A DNA stretch of 62,669 nt, filler included, from Octopus bimaculoides (GCF_001194135.2; 7 parts of 6 records of this genome joined end to end with filler, not necessarily neighbours in it), one strand, 5' to 3'; positions 24,086-37,269 are shown, counted from the whole stretch's first letter. Made by a program: numbers and translations. The notes: generated by a model not told the origin, from the sequence alone.

Positions 24086-25208
24086 TGTTCAGTCGTTTAT
24101 CTTTATAACGTGATTTCACTGCACTACACCAAGCGCAGCTCTTTGTGCCTTGGGTTTGCTGTGATGCTCTTATGGTTCCTGGATTGAAATTGTTTTGCGT
24201 AGGATATGTGCAGTGCCCAGTAGTGACATTTTCTGTAAGTTATATATATTTGTAAGTTCTAGCGTTTTTATTATGTATATGTCTGAATATTATTTTATCA
24301 TACCTAATGCGACCACTAAGATAATAATTGTTTCTGTTTTTAGATTCCACATTCGAGTTACCACTATTTCCAGGTCTTTTGTGTTTTGAAAGTTTCTCCT
24401 TTTCTTTTAGAGAAGTGTTGTCATCTGCTTCAATAAGAAAGCATTTTTTTCTTCATGATCTCTGACAACTATATCTGGCCTTTTGACCTTAATTTCTCTA
24501 TCTGTGTGTATTGGCATATTCCAGTTTATGGTTACCTTCTCGTTTTCTGTGACCTTTTCTGGTGTGTTCCAATACCATCTATTTTCTGTTGTTATTCCAT
24601 AGTGTTGGCATAGCTTCCAGTGTATGTAGGTCCCAACTCTGTCGTGTCTATGAATACATTCCTTCTTAGCCAGGACTGGGCAGCCAGAGATAATATGATT
24701 TATTGTTTCTTGTCCAACTCCACATATTCTGCAGTTAATTGTTATGTTTCTTTTCATTATATGTTTTTGGTAATTTCTGTTGAGTAGGCGTTGGTCTTGT
24801 GCTGCAATTAAAAATCCTTCAATCTCTGCTTTGAGTCCTACCATTGCTGGGACTTTCCTCCGTCCATTTCATCTGCATGTAGTTTAGCCCAGTATTTGCA
24901 ACGAAGCGGCTTATCTTTCCATCATTTTATCATGGTCCGTGGCTATTCTAGTTTTAGTTTTGATTTCATTTGTTTTATAGCTTTTGTTGCTTCTTCTTCT
25001 TCTTCTTCATATTTGTTAGGTAGTAGCACTTATTGTCTGTTTTTCTTAGCTTCCTTAACGACTGAAATATATTTATTGTTTTTCTCGTGTTTTGTGGCTA
25101 TTTGTATTCGCTTTCCTTGCTTCTGAAGTAGGTAATCTTGCAGTCCTATGTTAGTTATTTTATAACGGTTTTCCAGCTGTATAAGGCATCTACCACATTC
25201 TTTAGGTC

Positions 25209-25242
<34 letters not shown>

Positions 25243-26520
25243 CCTTTCTACGTCAGATTGTGGGTGGTGCATCCAGATCTTGTCATTATTTTTCTTGTTT
25301 TACTGTCTATTTTGTTGAGTTCATTTAGTGTCCAATTAAAAATATTGTAACTGTAACTTATAACTGACACGGCTAATGTGTTAATACCTATTATTTTGTT
25401 TTTATCATTGAGCTTTGTCTATAGTAGTCTTTCATTATCTTCTCTTTCAGTTTTGTATGTTCTATTGTATTTACCTCATTGCTTCCGAAAGATTTCTATG
25501 TATGACTTTCGTCTAATTCTCTTATTTCATTGGCTTTATCTAGTGTGAGGTTTCTACTCTTAACTAGATTTCCTCTTTTCAGGGTCACTTTGGTACATTT
25601 TTCTAATCCAAATTTCATATTTATTTCTTTGCTAAATCCCTGTACTATCTGTAGTATTGTTTCCACCTGTTTACCATTTGTAGCGTATAATTTTAGGTCA
25701 TCCATATATAGGAGGTGGCTGATGGCTTCACCGTAACATTTATATCCACAGTTCTATTTAGCATGTCAGATAAAGGTGTCATTGTCAAACAGAACAGGAG
25801 TGGAGAGAGCATGTCTCCCTGGAATATTCCTCATCTAATGGGGATGGCTTTGGTGTTCACGAGTCCCTCTTTTGTTTGGAGATGTAGCACTGTCTGCCAT
25901 TGATTCATAGAGTGTCTTATGTATTTTATAATTATTTGCGCTACTTTGTCCATGGCTAGTGTTTCGAGGATCACGTGTGGGGAGTACTATCAAAAGCCTT
26001 TCGGTAGTCAATCCAGGCCATACTGAGGCTTTCTACTTTCTGTGGCTGTTTTCAGTTATGGCTTTATTGATTATTAGTTGATCTTTACAGCCGTATGAGC
26101 CCTTGTAGCATCCCTTGTGCTCTTCTGGAAACAGGTTGTTTTCTTCCAGATTCTTGCTCAATCTCTGCGATATCATTGCAATAAAGGTTTTGTAAATTGT
26201 AGGGAGACAGTTTATAGGTCTGTAGTTTTGTGGTTCTGCCGTTTCAGTGGATTTGGGAATTAGGATAGTTTTCCCTTCCGTGAGCCATTCAGGCATTGTA
26301 TCTGGATCTGCTAGTATGTCGTTAAAGTTTTCAGCCAGCTTTATATGTATTCCTGTCAAATGTTTTAACCAGAAGTTGGGGATCTTGGTATGTCCAGGTG
26401 CCTTCCAGTTGCTTAGTCTTTGCAGTACCTGGTTGACCTATTCTGTTGTTATAGGTGTCCAGAGTTGTTCAGGTGCTAATTTTGTTGTTTTAATAGTCCT
26501 TTTCTGAATATTAACCAAAT
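24086..26520 (-). mobile_element. R4/Dong-type non-LTR retrotransposon (RT, CCHC, restriction-like endonuclease), 5' truncated, inactivated
   Basis: NWKAPG; PEWLTEGKTILIPK; NYRPINCLPTIYK; AWIDYRKAFDS; GIFQGDMLSPLLF; YMDDLKL; EGFLIAAQDQ; CRICGVGQETINHIISGC; RPDIVV; 3' end in (AAT)n. Multiple frameshifts and stops. Confidence 0.93.
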
Positions 26521-27165
26521 TATGCATAAATTTGTTTACACTCATGTGTTTATTTGCTAGCTATGTGAACTTCAAACACCATGTGAGAAATATATCAACT
26601 AAATGGAGATATCTGATCTGAAATACTATGATGCAATATAGAAAGAAGTGGCAGGAAACGCTCAATAAGAAGGTACACAATATCATGAACAAGAAAAGGG
26701 AATATAATAAAAACGGCAACAATAATCATGATGGTGAGGAGGAATCCATGAATACGATGCAAATACTCATAGATATAAAGATGGCGTAGTAGTGAGTAAA
26801 AATAAAGGTGAAAGAGCCTTGACGAAGCGAAGGTGTAGGAGTGGAAGTGCAGTTACACTGCAACACATTTTGTCTTTAAGAATTTTAAGTAAAAATCATA
26901 ATAAAATGTCCAGCAAATAATGAACACGAAATACTTAAAAGAGAGATTGAGAATTTTTCTCTGATGTATAGATATATGAGACTTAGTTAAACAGTTAACA
27001 CATTTAAATATCACATGATTGGAAAGATAGAAATAAACAAATAATTTTTTTTAACACAAAGTTGATTTTTTATCTGCAAAATCAACAGGTTTTTTCTTTT
27101 AAACTTGCTGAATTTATCATACGTACTTTCGTAATCATAAACCGGAAAAAAATTAAACAAAGAAA

Positions 27166-27167
<2 letters not shown>

Positions 27168-27228
<61 letters not shown>

Positions 27229-27323
27229 TAATAATAATAACAATGATAATAATAATAATAATGATAGTNNNNNNNNNNATAATAATAATAATAATAATAA
27301 TAACAATAATAAATATAATAATG

Positions 27324-27385
<62 letters not shown>
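27168..27385. repeat. (AAT)n microsatellite
   Basis: Visible. Confidence 0.97.
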
Positions 27386-28109
27386 CGATTTCATTTCAGT
27401 CGGTTTCTATTTTCTCGTTTACAAAACACAAAACTGTGTAAGCATTAACAAAAATGGAAAACTTATGTATTTATTGATTTAGTTGATATATATTTTCTTT
27501 CTTATAATGTTTTCAATGTTTTTCTTATTTTTCGTTTTAATTTTAATTTTCGTATATTCTATTTCTCAAAAACTTTACTAGTATGAACGTTTTAGCAGTT
27601 TTACCCATCACTTCTCAGTTTAATGATGACAACATAAGAAATATCTTTGAAAATCTGAAAATGCAGCAAATTTGAGCTCCTCCTCCTCATTTTCTTTACA
27701 TACATACATACATACACATATACCACACGCACGCACACAAACACATACACACATACATACACACACACACACATATATATGTCTTTCCATTTTTCAGATG
27801 TTTTCCTCTGCTACTGAATTTTTTGTCTTCCTCAAACACTGACATACACACTTTATATGCATATATCTAGGGAGAGAGAGATGGGAGAGAGACGGAATAG
27901 AGGAGAGAGATGGAAAGAAGGAGAGAGAGAAAGGAAGGGAGAGAAATACATACTTGTATAAATGAACATTCACACGTATACATACGTATAAGATATTATT
28001 AGTTACTGAGTTACATAGTGCGTCTGTGTGTTGGCGTATACGATGTTAGTAGAACTTAAGATATGACACCAAATCTTACATGGACTATGTGTTCAAATGT
28101 TACATATAC

Positions 28110-29100
28110 CTGATGTTTTCTGTTTAATAGATTCTTGAATTCTGTTTGTATGTATAGGTGCAAAGATCGAAGATATTTACTTGAACTTAACTTTATTCTT
28201 GAAATTATACATTTTCATCTCTTTTTATGAATACCCTAAACTGACATTTCTGCGCATATATCTAAAGCCTTGATTTTAGATATAATCTGATATAATCCTA
28301 GATGCATATGCACACTTTTCAAAGAACTTATCCTGGCGGGAGATATCTGCTTCGGCAAAACGTTCTGAACTGATGTAAAATATATCGTTACCCATTTCTG
28401 CAATGTAGTACCTGTCAAATAACAGTTATATTTAGTTTTGCTACGTGTCTACATAGCTATCATCACGACTGCAGTGTATCTTTCCAAACGGAAAACATTT
28501 TGGTGAGATGGATCTTGGACGCAACATTTTTATAACCATACAGCTATATAGAAAAAAACATAGGTATTTCTGTTACCAGTAATATAATGAATTCTAATTT
28601 CAGAACTTTTCTGAATTTGTATTTACCTGTTACACTAATACTTGTGAACCATTCACCACTGGCCAAAATTCATTTCTGGTTACTTTTCTAATTTTCTCAA
28701 TAAAGCAGTTCATATGCTGCACTGTTTTCAGTATGCTTTGGTGAAGTTCACTACAGAAATTTTTACCCTCAGTAATGTCATGTGCTTGGCTAAATGAATG
28801 TCCTGACATATTTGTTTGAGATATAATTTGTTTTTACCTCATAGCTAGATTGTAGAATGTAACTGTTTCAAATTTTCTGTTTTCCTGTCGAAATACTGGT
28901 TCATTAATCTTTCAGGATTTTACAATTTTCTTCGGAAGTAATTAAGTACAGGTTTTCAAAAATTACTGCGTAGACTTCTTTCCGGTAGTTCCACCTTAAC
29001 GCCCATGTCTCTTGAGTTTTTAAACTGGAGCACGACACGATTGGTGGCGATATGTGGATCTCCTATGAAGAGTATGCCAGAACTTAGAGGAAATCAAAGC
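28110..29100 (-). pseudogene. Possible decayed coding exons, family unassigned
   Basis: Non-repetitive sequence with canonical sites (TTATTTGACAG|G at 28411, CAG|GTATAT at 28110, ACAG|GTAAAT at ~28627) but every frame is interrupted by stops. Confidence 0.25.
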
Positions 29101-30023
29101 TCATGATTTGAGCTTATATTTGGTCATACTGGCAAATGATCCACACTGTATGAGCATATTCAATATTAGTTATGAAATATACGCATTCAGTTTCGTCTTC
29201 ATATCATCATCCTTATATATATCGTCACCTTTATATATACATTTCTCGCTATTTTATTTTCATAAGTGTCGAGCAATTCATCCACATTTATTTCGATTCT
29301 ACCCCAACACCTCTTTTATTTGTCATTATGTTTTAATGACTTATTAATTAGCACACTCACCTGTTCATTCTCCACTCATTTATTTATTATATTTTTGAAA
29401 AATTTTCGTTGATTCTTGCAAATTTTCAAAAGTCGTTGACTCTCCGTTTTCGGAGCTACGTTCTTATTTGTTTGTTAATGCTCGTGTATACTCGTCAGTG
29501 TACATGTGTATACACACATGTATGTATGTTTGCATGTATGTATGTATGTATGTATGTATGTATCTATGTATGTATGTATGTATGTATGTACGTATGCGTG
29601 TGTGGATTTTGCGTGTGTGTATATGGTCATGTGTTTCCGTCTCGTTTTGTGCATGTATGTGTTTATGCTTGTCTGTCCGTATTGCCTACGTAGCTATCTA
29701 TCTACTTATTTATATTTGCCTACATATCCATTTACCTACCTACCTATATATNNNNNNNNNNNNNNNNNNNNNNNNNNNNNNNNNNNNNNNNNNNNNNNNN
29801 NNNNNNNNNNNNNNNNNNNNNNNNNNNNNNNNNNNNNNNNNNNNNNNNNNNNNNNNNNNNNNNNNNNNNNNNNNNNNNNNNNNNNNNNNNNNNNNNNNNN
29901 NNNNNNNNNNNNNNNNNNNNNNNNNNNNNNNNNNNNNNNNNNNNNNNNNNNNNNNNNNNNNNNNNNNNNNNNNNNNNNNNNNNNNNNNNNNNNNNNNNNN
30001 NNNNNNNNNNNNNNNNNNNNNNN

Positions 30024-30670
30024 GACTGGAAGTCAATTCGCAAAGAGATTCGAAATCAGAACTGGCACGGCAGCCTTTCTATACAAGACAATGACCTCAA
30101 ACTAAATCATTTTATGTCAACCATACAAGACATATGCGCCAAATGCGTACCAAAAAGAAAGACCAGCAAACGTGCCAATAGGATTCCCAGAGAGACGAAA
30201 ATCCTTATGAGACACAGAACAAAGGCCTCAAAGTTGACAGCAAAGTGCAGACAACTGGCAGGGTGGATACTGAGGACATTCCTAACAAGGGATCAATAAG
30301 TCAGGTTGACTCTATGGAAGACACTTGTTCTGAGCCGCCTAGTGTCAAGCGGACAGCAGAACTCGAGGCAATTCAGCGTCACTATACAAAAAAAGATTCC
30401 CACAGTCCAACAGATGAACTCCAGGGAGCGACTGAAGGCACTAGGTCCCTACTCTCTGGAGCGCAGGCGGGAGAGACATGTAATAATATGCATATGGAAA
30501 ATACTGGAAGGACTGGTAACAAACTTTGGCATCAAGTGCTACATGAATGCCCGCACAGGTCGCCACTGCATGGTACCAAGGGTACCGTTCAATGCATCTC
30601 ACATAAAAACAAGGTACTGCAACAGCCTCGGTTTCAGAGTACCTTAGCTTTTAATGCGCTGCCAAAACAT
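30024..30670 (+). mobile_element. CR1/L2-like LINE fragment with the RT core deleted
   Basis: DWKSIRKEI...ICAKCVPKRK...IPRETKILMR (EN-RT linker) is fused to GWILRTF...TLWKTLV...RERLKALGPYSLERRRER..II.IWKILEG (post-RT). Confidence 0.85.
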
Positions 30671-30673
30671 TTG

Positions 30674-31064
30674 ATATGGTCCAGTGGTTTGGACAGCGCA
30701 CTCGCGGTTATATAATCGCGGTTTCGATTCCCAGACCGGGCGTTGTGAGTGTTTATTGAGCGAAAACACCTAAAGCTCTACGAGGTTCCGGCAGGGGATG
30801 CTGGTGAACCCTGCTGTACTCTTTCACCACAACTTTCTCTCACNNNNNNNNNNCTAACTTTCACTTCCTGTTTCTGCTGTGCCTGTAATTCAAAGGGTCA
30901 GTCTTGTCACACTGTGTCACGCTGAATATCCCCGATAACTACGTTAAGGGTACACGTGACTGTGGAGTGCTCAGCCAATTTCACGTTAATTTCACGAGCA
31001 GGCTGTTCCGTTTATCGGATCAACTGGAACTCTCGACGTCGTAAGCAACAGAGTGCCAACAACA
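30674..31064 (+). mobile_element. SINE family A copy (head eroded, 10-N gap inside)
   Basis: Collinear with the other family A copies from ATGGTCCAGTGG to GTGCCAACAACAA. Confidence 0.9.
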
Positions 31065-31699
31065 ATGTATTTATGTACGTCTATAGATATGTATATNNNN
31101 NNNNNNNNNNNNNNNNNNNNNNNNNNNNNNNNNNNNNNNNNNNNNNNNNNNNNNNNNNNNNNNNNNNNNNNNNNNNNNNNNNNNNNNNNNNNNNNNNNNN
31201 NNNNNNNNNNNNNNNNNNNNNNNNNNNNNNNNNNNNNNNNNNNNNNNNNNNNNNNNNNNNNNNNNNNNNNNNNNNNNNNNNNNNNNNNNNNNNNNNNNNN
31301 NNNNNNNNNNNNNNNNNNNNNNNNNNNNNNNNNNNNNNNNNNNNNNNNNNNNNNNNNNNNNNNNNNNNNNNNNNNNNNNNNNNNNNNNNNNNNNNNNNNN
31401 NNNNNNNNNNNNNNNNNNNNNNNNNNNNNNNNNNNNNNNNNNNNNNNNNNNNNNNNNNNNNNNNNNNNNNNNNNNNNNNNNNNNNNNNNNNNNNNNNNNN
31501 NATATATATATATATACTTATGTATAGACACACACACACACGCACACACACACACGCACACACACACACGCACGCATCTTGTATACAGGTATGAATGTGT
31601 AATAAAAATAATTATAAACAGGCAAATAAATGATTTAAGTTTAGATTATGCTATTTATATAACTAAGCATGTGTTGACGTCTTACAGATGTATAGATCA

Positions 31700-33060
31700 T
31701 AAGGCATAATCAAGTAAAATGTTGTGCAGATAGTCACCTAGAATTGTTTGAAGTGTAGATGCACAGATGGTGCCTTATCTGAAAACGACTGATAGCTATT
31801 CATATAATTGCAATGCACATGGATAGCGCTCCTTGGAGTGGGAATGGACTAGATTCTTATTAGAGAGATGTAGTCTAGTGTCAATGAGTCATAGTGGAAG
31901 GCCGAACGGAAAAAAGGGGCAGAAAATGCGAGTTAGTAATATGAGAACAGGTATAAACTAACAGTTATGAGAAGAGTAGATACATAAATTTCTAGATCAA
32001 CAGAAAAATATACAAAGAATAATAACCGGGGCCAATATGGACAGGGATTTTTGAATGTATGATGTGAGGAAGAGGATGCGTATACTGAAGCCAGCACGTG
32101 CGGCAAGTATATTTCAACTATGAGTTAGAATAGATTATCGAACGTTTGGGTGGTACAAAAAGAAAAAAAAAACCTATATGGTATGGTCAATAGGACGCGT
32201 ATGGGTAGGAAAAGCTTATCGTAAGAATAGGGAGAGATGTTTTAGGGTTACGATGTTATTGAAATATCAGTTTCGAAATCAGCTAATTAGAATGTAGTTT
32301 CTGAAAAGAGTGAGTGCGCTGTAGATATATGTGTTTATGGGTAATTACCAAAATGAAGAAATTATTTATTGTAACTCTTAGCAAATAGTATTTAAAATTG
32401 TAGTTTAATGAAGAGAATGCGAACATTCAAATATTGATATAGGAAAAGCAATGAAGTAAAAACAGACAGATTTTAAAGTTAATACATTAGGAGAGACTAT
32501 CTTGAGTGGTTGCTAAAATATGTTAATTGGTTGCTCGAGAATATATTTCGTAGAAGCGTTGTAATGTAATTCCAATCAGAGTGGATAGTCTAATTACGAA
32601 TTATGTTATATAAAGTTTTACAGAGTGCGGGTAAGTAGTGTGTTCAGAATATAGGAATCGAGTAAAGATTTAAGAAACTTACATAGAAGGTTAGTCAAAT
32701 AAAAATGAGGAATAAAGTTGTTGGTTACAAACTAATTTAAGTTCAATTAACTTAATCAAATAGACGAGTGGAGTCTATCTATTTTATACAGGTGGGAATT
32801 GTATTCAGTGATTGAAAAAATCTACATTTCGATTTATGAAAACAGTGAAGCGTTTAGAAGAATATGTGTACTCAGCGGGCAAACTTTTAACCCATGTATA
32901 CAACATTATTGTAGATCATACACCTAGTAATATTAAATGGTACGCTACTTATCATAGTTTTATGTACGTAATTACCTAGTGGGTTAGACTTATTTAGCTT
33001 AACAGAATTAAAGGAGATCGGGGTTGTTACGTGTCGGCTTTCAACATTGTTGGCTGCACC
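31700..33060 (-). mobile_element. Heavily decayed Penelope-like RT region
   Basis: Ordered remnants across frames: TINNF, RPIDH (RYIDD-like), LKYT (IKFT-like), SIP...C...F (SIP.S..LR..RICS-like). Many stops. Confidence 0.4.
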
Positions 33061-33519
33061 AATATATATCTTGATAGAGGATTTTTGTTTTTATCAAATC
33101 TTCAGAAATTGCCTTCTAACGGACAGATACTACGCATTTTAGGATCACATACTTTTCTTAACGGAGAATGATGCTGTTGTAATCATTGGATTACCACATA
33201 CGTAGATATACTAGCATAGCAAGTGACCTGATTTGATATCGTGTGCCGAAACATACACAATCGCAGCGTGGAAGGTGTTTATAAGCCATTAAAAAAAAAA
33301 ACACAAATACCGTTAGATTCACTTCAACATTTCAATTTAATTTGTCAAAATATTTTTGTCGCTTTGAAACCGCGACCTGTTCACTGTCAAAAGATGCAGC
33401 ACGGAATTTTGCCATCTAAAGGAACGGTCATTTGTCGCTTTAAGAAACCCCTCTTCAGGACGATCATGGAAATCCTGAGCGCATGAAATCATCACAAAAA
33501 TCCATGAACTTAACCTGAA

Positions 33520-33936
33520 GGACCGTCACCGAACAATTGACGAATTTGAGTGAAGAATTGCAAATGAAAAGAGTTGAAGCAATATTTGTTCCTCACTTGC
33601 TCACGGAAGATCAAAGGCAGGCACGATTGAATGCGTGTCGTGAACTGAAAGAACATTTGGAAGTTGATCTTGTCATTTTTTCGGCAGGTCATCACTGATG
33701 ACGAAAGCTAGTACTACGGAATTTGCAGATGTGGAAAAGGCAGAAGACAAAAGGACAGAGGCGTTAAAAGGAATCACTTGCGAAGTGTTTCAGGGCTGCT
33801 TCAAATAGTGGAAAACGCATCTAGACCTTTGCATTGCTTCAAATGGAGAATACTTTGAATGCGATAAAATTGGAAACCTGTAAATCTGTGAATAAAGTGA
33901 TATTGCAAGATCCAGTTTCTTTTGGTTACCCCCTCG
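33520..33936 (+). mobile_element. Mariner transposon remnant, catalytic core deleted
   Basis: KRVEAIFVPHLLTEDQRQARL..CRELK..VITDDES joined to FQGCFK*WK..LDLCIASNGEYFE; ends ...TTACCCCCTCG|TA. Confidence 0.85.
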
Positions 33937-34019
33937 TATATGCACATCTATGTCTTTATACTACTTTATTGCAGAGCATATTTTCGTCAACATTGTGTTA
34001 TTGTTGTTTCTTACTGCAC

Positions 34020-34202
34020 TGGCGAAAATGCTGAGCAGTGTTTCCTCCGTCTTTAAGTTCTGAGTTAAAATGTTGCAATAGTCGGCTGTGTCTTTCATCC
34101 TTCTAAAGTCAATGAAAAAAGTACCAGTTGATAACTGGGGTCAATGTTATCGAATTATCGCCTTCCCCACCTAAATCACTGTTTGTGCCAAAATTTGAAA
34201 CC
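34020..34202 (+). mobile_element. SINE family C copy (diverged)
   Basis: GGCGAAAATGC...TTCTGAGTT...TTTCATCC...AAGTACCAGTTG...GTGCCAAAATTTGAAACC. Confidence 0.75.
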
Positions 34203-34212
34203 TTTATTACTA

Positions 34213-34245
<33 letters not shown>

Positions 34246-34413
34246 TCATCATCATCATGATCATCATTGTTATTGCTGTTGCTATTGCTACTATAGATGC
34301 TAATACTTTGTTGATTATCGCCGAAACTGAAGGTAATTTGGAAGCTCCATGATTTTGTGCTTACTCTTAAGTCTTGAATTTGTTTTACCATTCTGTGTGG
34401 GGCGTTTGAACAG

Positions 34414-34947
34414 TTATTGTTGTCCATTCAATTGGTCAATCGTATGGCAATTTATTTCAAGACACAGAAGAATGTGAAAATAGCTTTGACATTGTCGACA
34501 AATCAGTAAGAGTGGAAGGTAGGACGAGAATTTGAAGATGAACCCATTATACGCAATCAACTCCTCCACATAATGTTGCAGAGTTAGTTGTAATTTAAAA
34601 TAATTAAAGACAGTAGAATTAGTTGTAGTAAAAAGAGAAGTAATAAAAACGATAACTATACAAACAAAGAAGATAGCATCAGAGATAACAATGATATGCC
34701 ATGCAAAAGAACTCATAAAATTGCCAGCAGAAGCACGTTATTCATTGCTACTACCGGCAACGCCGCTTGAAGCTACCAAAGAAAAAACAATTAAGATAGC
34801 GATATAGATAATACTAATAACACCATTTGCAACAGCATTTAAAACACAGCAAAAAAAAAAAACAGTCGTTAAAATCACAAACGTGTCCAGTTTCATTTCA
34901 TTCAATATGAAATATGAACATTTAAATGAGTATAAGAGACATATCAA
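34414..34947 (-). pseudogene. Possible multi-pass membrane-protein pseudogene (one frame, single internal TAA)
   Basis: Track ORFs 34738..34947 and 34414..34716 are in the same frame, separated only by TAA at 34738-34740; three hydrophobic stretches. Confidence 0.3.
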
Positions 34948-35537
34948 TTGATGAAATCGGTGAGAAGTTACTTTAAATAGCCATAATGCATTTTACGTTA
35001 GAGAATATTGAAAACAATTCTCTATAAATGCTTATCGAAGGAGAGCTTAAAGTTTTTGATACGTTCGTAACGGATCTGGGTGCCGTTTGCGCTCATTGTG
35101 AAGTTCGTTCAAACGTCTTCCTTTAGCTGTTTCGGAATAAGGAAAGAGGTTGTCGGGTGAACTAGCCTGATACGGAAGTGACATTTCTCTTTCGCCAAAA
35201 CATTGTCACCTTTTTTGTCAACGAAAATAAAGGCAGGGAACAATGTGCTGCCAAGCAGCAAATTTGAAGGTGTTTATTGAACGTAATAATTATGGTCTGA
35301 GTAAAATGGTATGATCTGAACATTCACCTGTTGATTGATAGAGAACGCCCACTCTTATTTTATTGCGAATTTGTATGTTGCTTGAATATGTTAGTTTCTT
35401 TGTATTACATGCTTTATATAAACTACCATCGTATTGTATTACATGCTTTATATAAACAATCATTGTATTGTATGCTTACATGCTTTATATAAACCATCAT
35501 TGTATTGTATCGTCCTCTACTACGCTCAATAACAGAA

Positions 35538-35577
<40 letters not shown>

Positions 35578-37191
35578 GGATGATTACAATCACAATAATA
35601 CCGTTATCAACATCAACATTATTATCATGATTGTTGCTGTTTGTCACGAAAGTTGAATGTATTTCGGAATGTCTATCATATTTTTGCATTAATTTCATTA
35701 TTAGTAGCCTGCTTTTGTATTTCTTTTGTTATTGATTTTCAATTTCTGTCTTGTTTCTCTATTTCACAATAACCGTCAAGGACTAAACAAGGATTTTGTT
35801 ACACGAATTAAGGGCAAAATTTAATGGGAAAGACATTTTGCGAGACATAAAAATGTAATTTCAAAATGGCATCGTCTTCGTCGTCAATCCAAGAATGGAT
35901 GAATGTAGGAAGCGATTTGAAGGTGATTTTTTATTTCGCAATCAACTCCTCCCATCCAAGTATTCAGCTGCAATTAAAAATATCAACAGTCATATGTGTA
36001 GCAGCAAAAGCAACTGCAAAAACAAGAATCCCAACAGCAGTAGCAACAAGAACAAGAACAACGACGACCATAACAAGATTAGCAGTGGGAAACTCACTAA
36101 CATGTGAAGTAAAGGCAGTCTAAAAATAACCAGAAGCAGGAAATCTTATATTCTCAACAGAATTGCTACTACTAGTATCATTGCCGCCAATAATATAAGA
36201 ATTAAGTGTAGCAGTGACAACGATGGTTTTAACACTTTAAAAATTCAGCGCAAAATATTTCTTTTGCAAAACTCACAAGCATGTTCGGTGGAAGTTCACT
36301 GGAGAAATGAAATGAACATTGAAGTATGGCACAGAAGGATGTAAACCAAATAAAACAGAGAAAACTGATGCTAAATTATCTACAGATTTTCTTAGACAAA
36401 AGAGAATAAAAAATGTCTAAATGTTAAACGTTAGAGTACATATATTCAGTAGCAAATGGCTTCTTAAGGAATATGTAGCCTGACAATTTCCTTTTGGATC
36501 CTACCCACTAATTTGACTATATTAAAAATTTTTTCAAAGTGGATACCCTGGCACAAAAGTTTTCCACCATCCCACTATAAACGAATGTTTTCACATTAAT
36601 ACCCATTTACCTGCAAGGAATGGAGAGTGATACGAGTAAATTCTTAGACATAGAAGCAGATCGAGATTACAAATGGGGAAAAGAGTGGCTTAGGAAAACT
36701 CCCACACGCTTTTAGAAATAAAAAAGAGATTTTATGATGATAGTTGAGTCAAGTGCATATTCTCAAAAAATATTCTGAATCTACCCCACTTTCACTTCTC
36801 AGAATGTATGAGGAGAAATATGTTTGCGGGTTATTAAAATCATGCCCTGGAGGAATGAATAAGATGACAGGAGAATATCATAAAATTTATACAAAACTGT
36901 TTGTTTGAATATTCTTCTTTCTCTCTTTTTCTTTCCTTTTTTTCTGTCGTCTTCCTTTTTCTATTTTTTTCTTTCTTTCTGCCTGTTATAAAACTTAAAA
37001 ACTGATGATGTCATTCCATCAACGTATGGACGCTGGTTACTCTCGTTCATAGTTTACGTTTAGTTTTCTGACTTTTTTAATTTTTAATCACCTTTTGTCT
37101 TGAACTAGACAAGGACAGACGTACTGTCGAAATATTGTTCAACGAATAAAACATTTATACAATCGAATCGCGCTCTTCGTCTTGACTAATG

Positions 37192-37269
<78 letters not shown>

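Noticed and set aside
35399-35510. Three ~35-bp tandem copies of GTATTACATGCTTTATATAAA
   Set aside because: An ordinary small local duplication.
36600-36900. Coding exon (good acceptor on the minus strand; short ORFs on the plus strand)
   Set aside because: All frames stop quickly and no recognisable domain is present.
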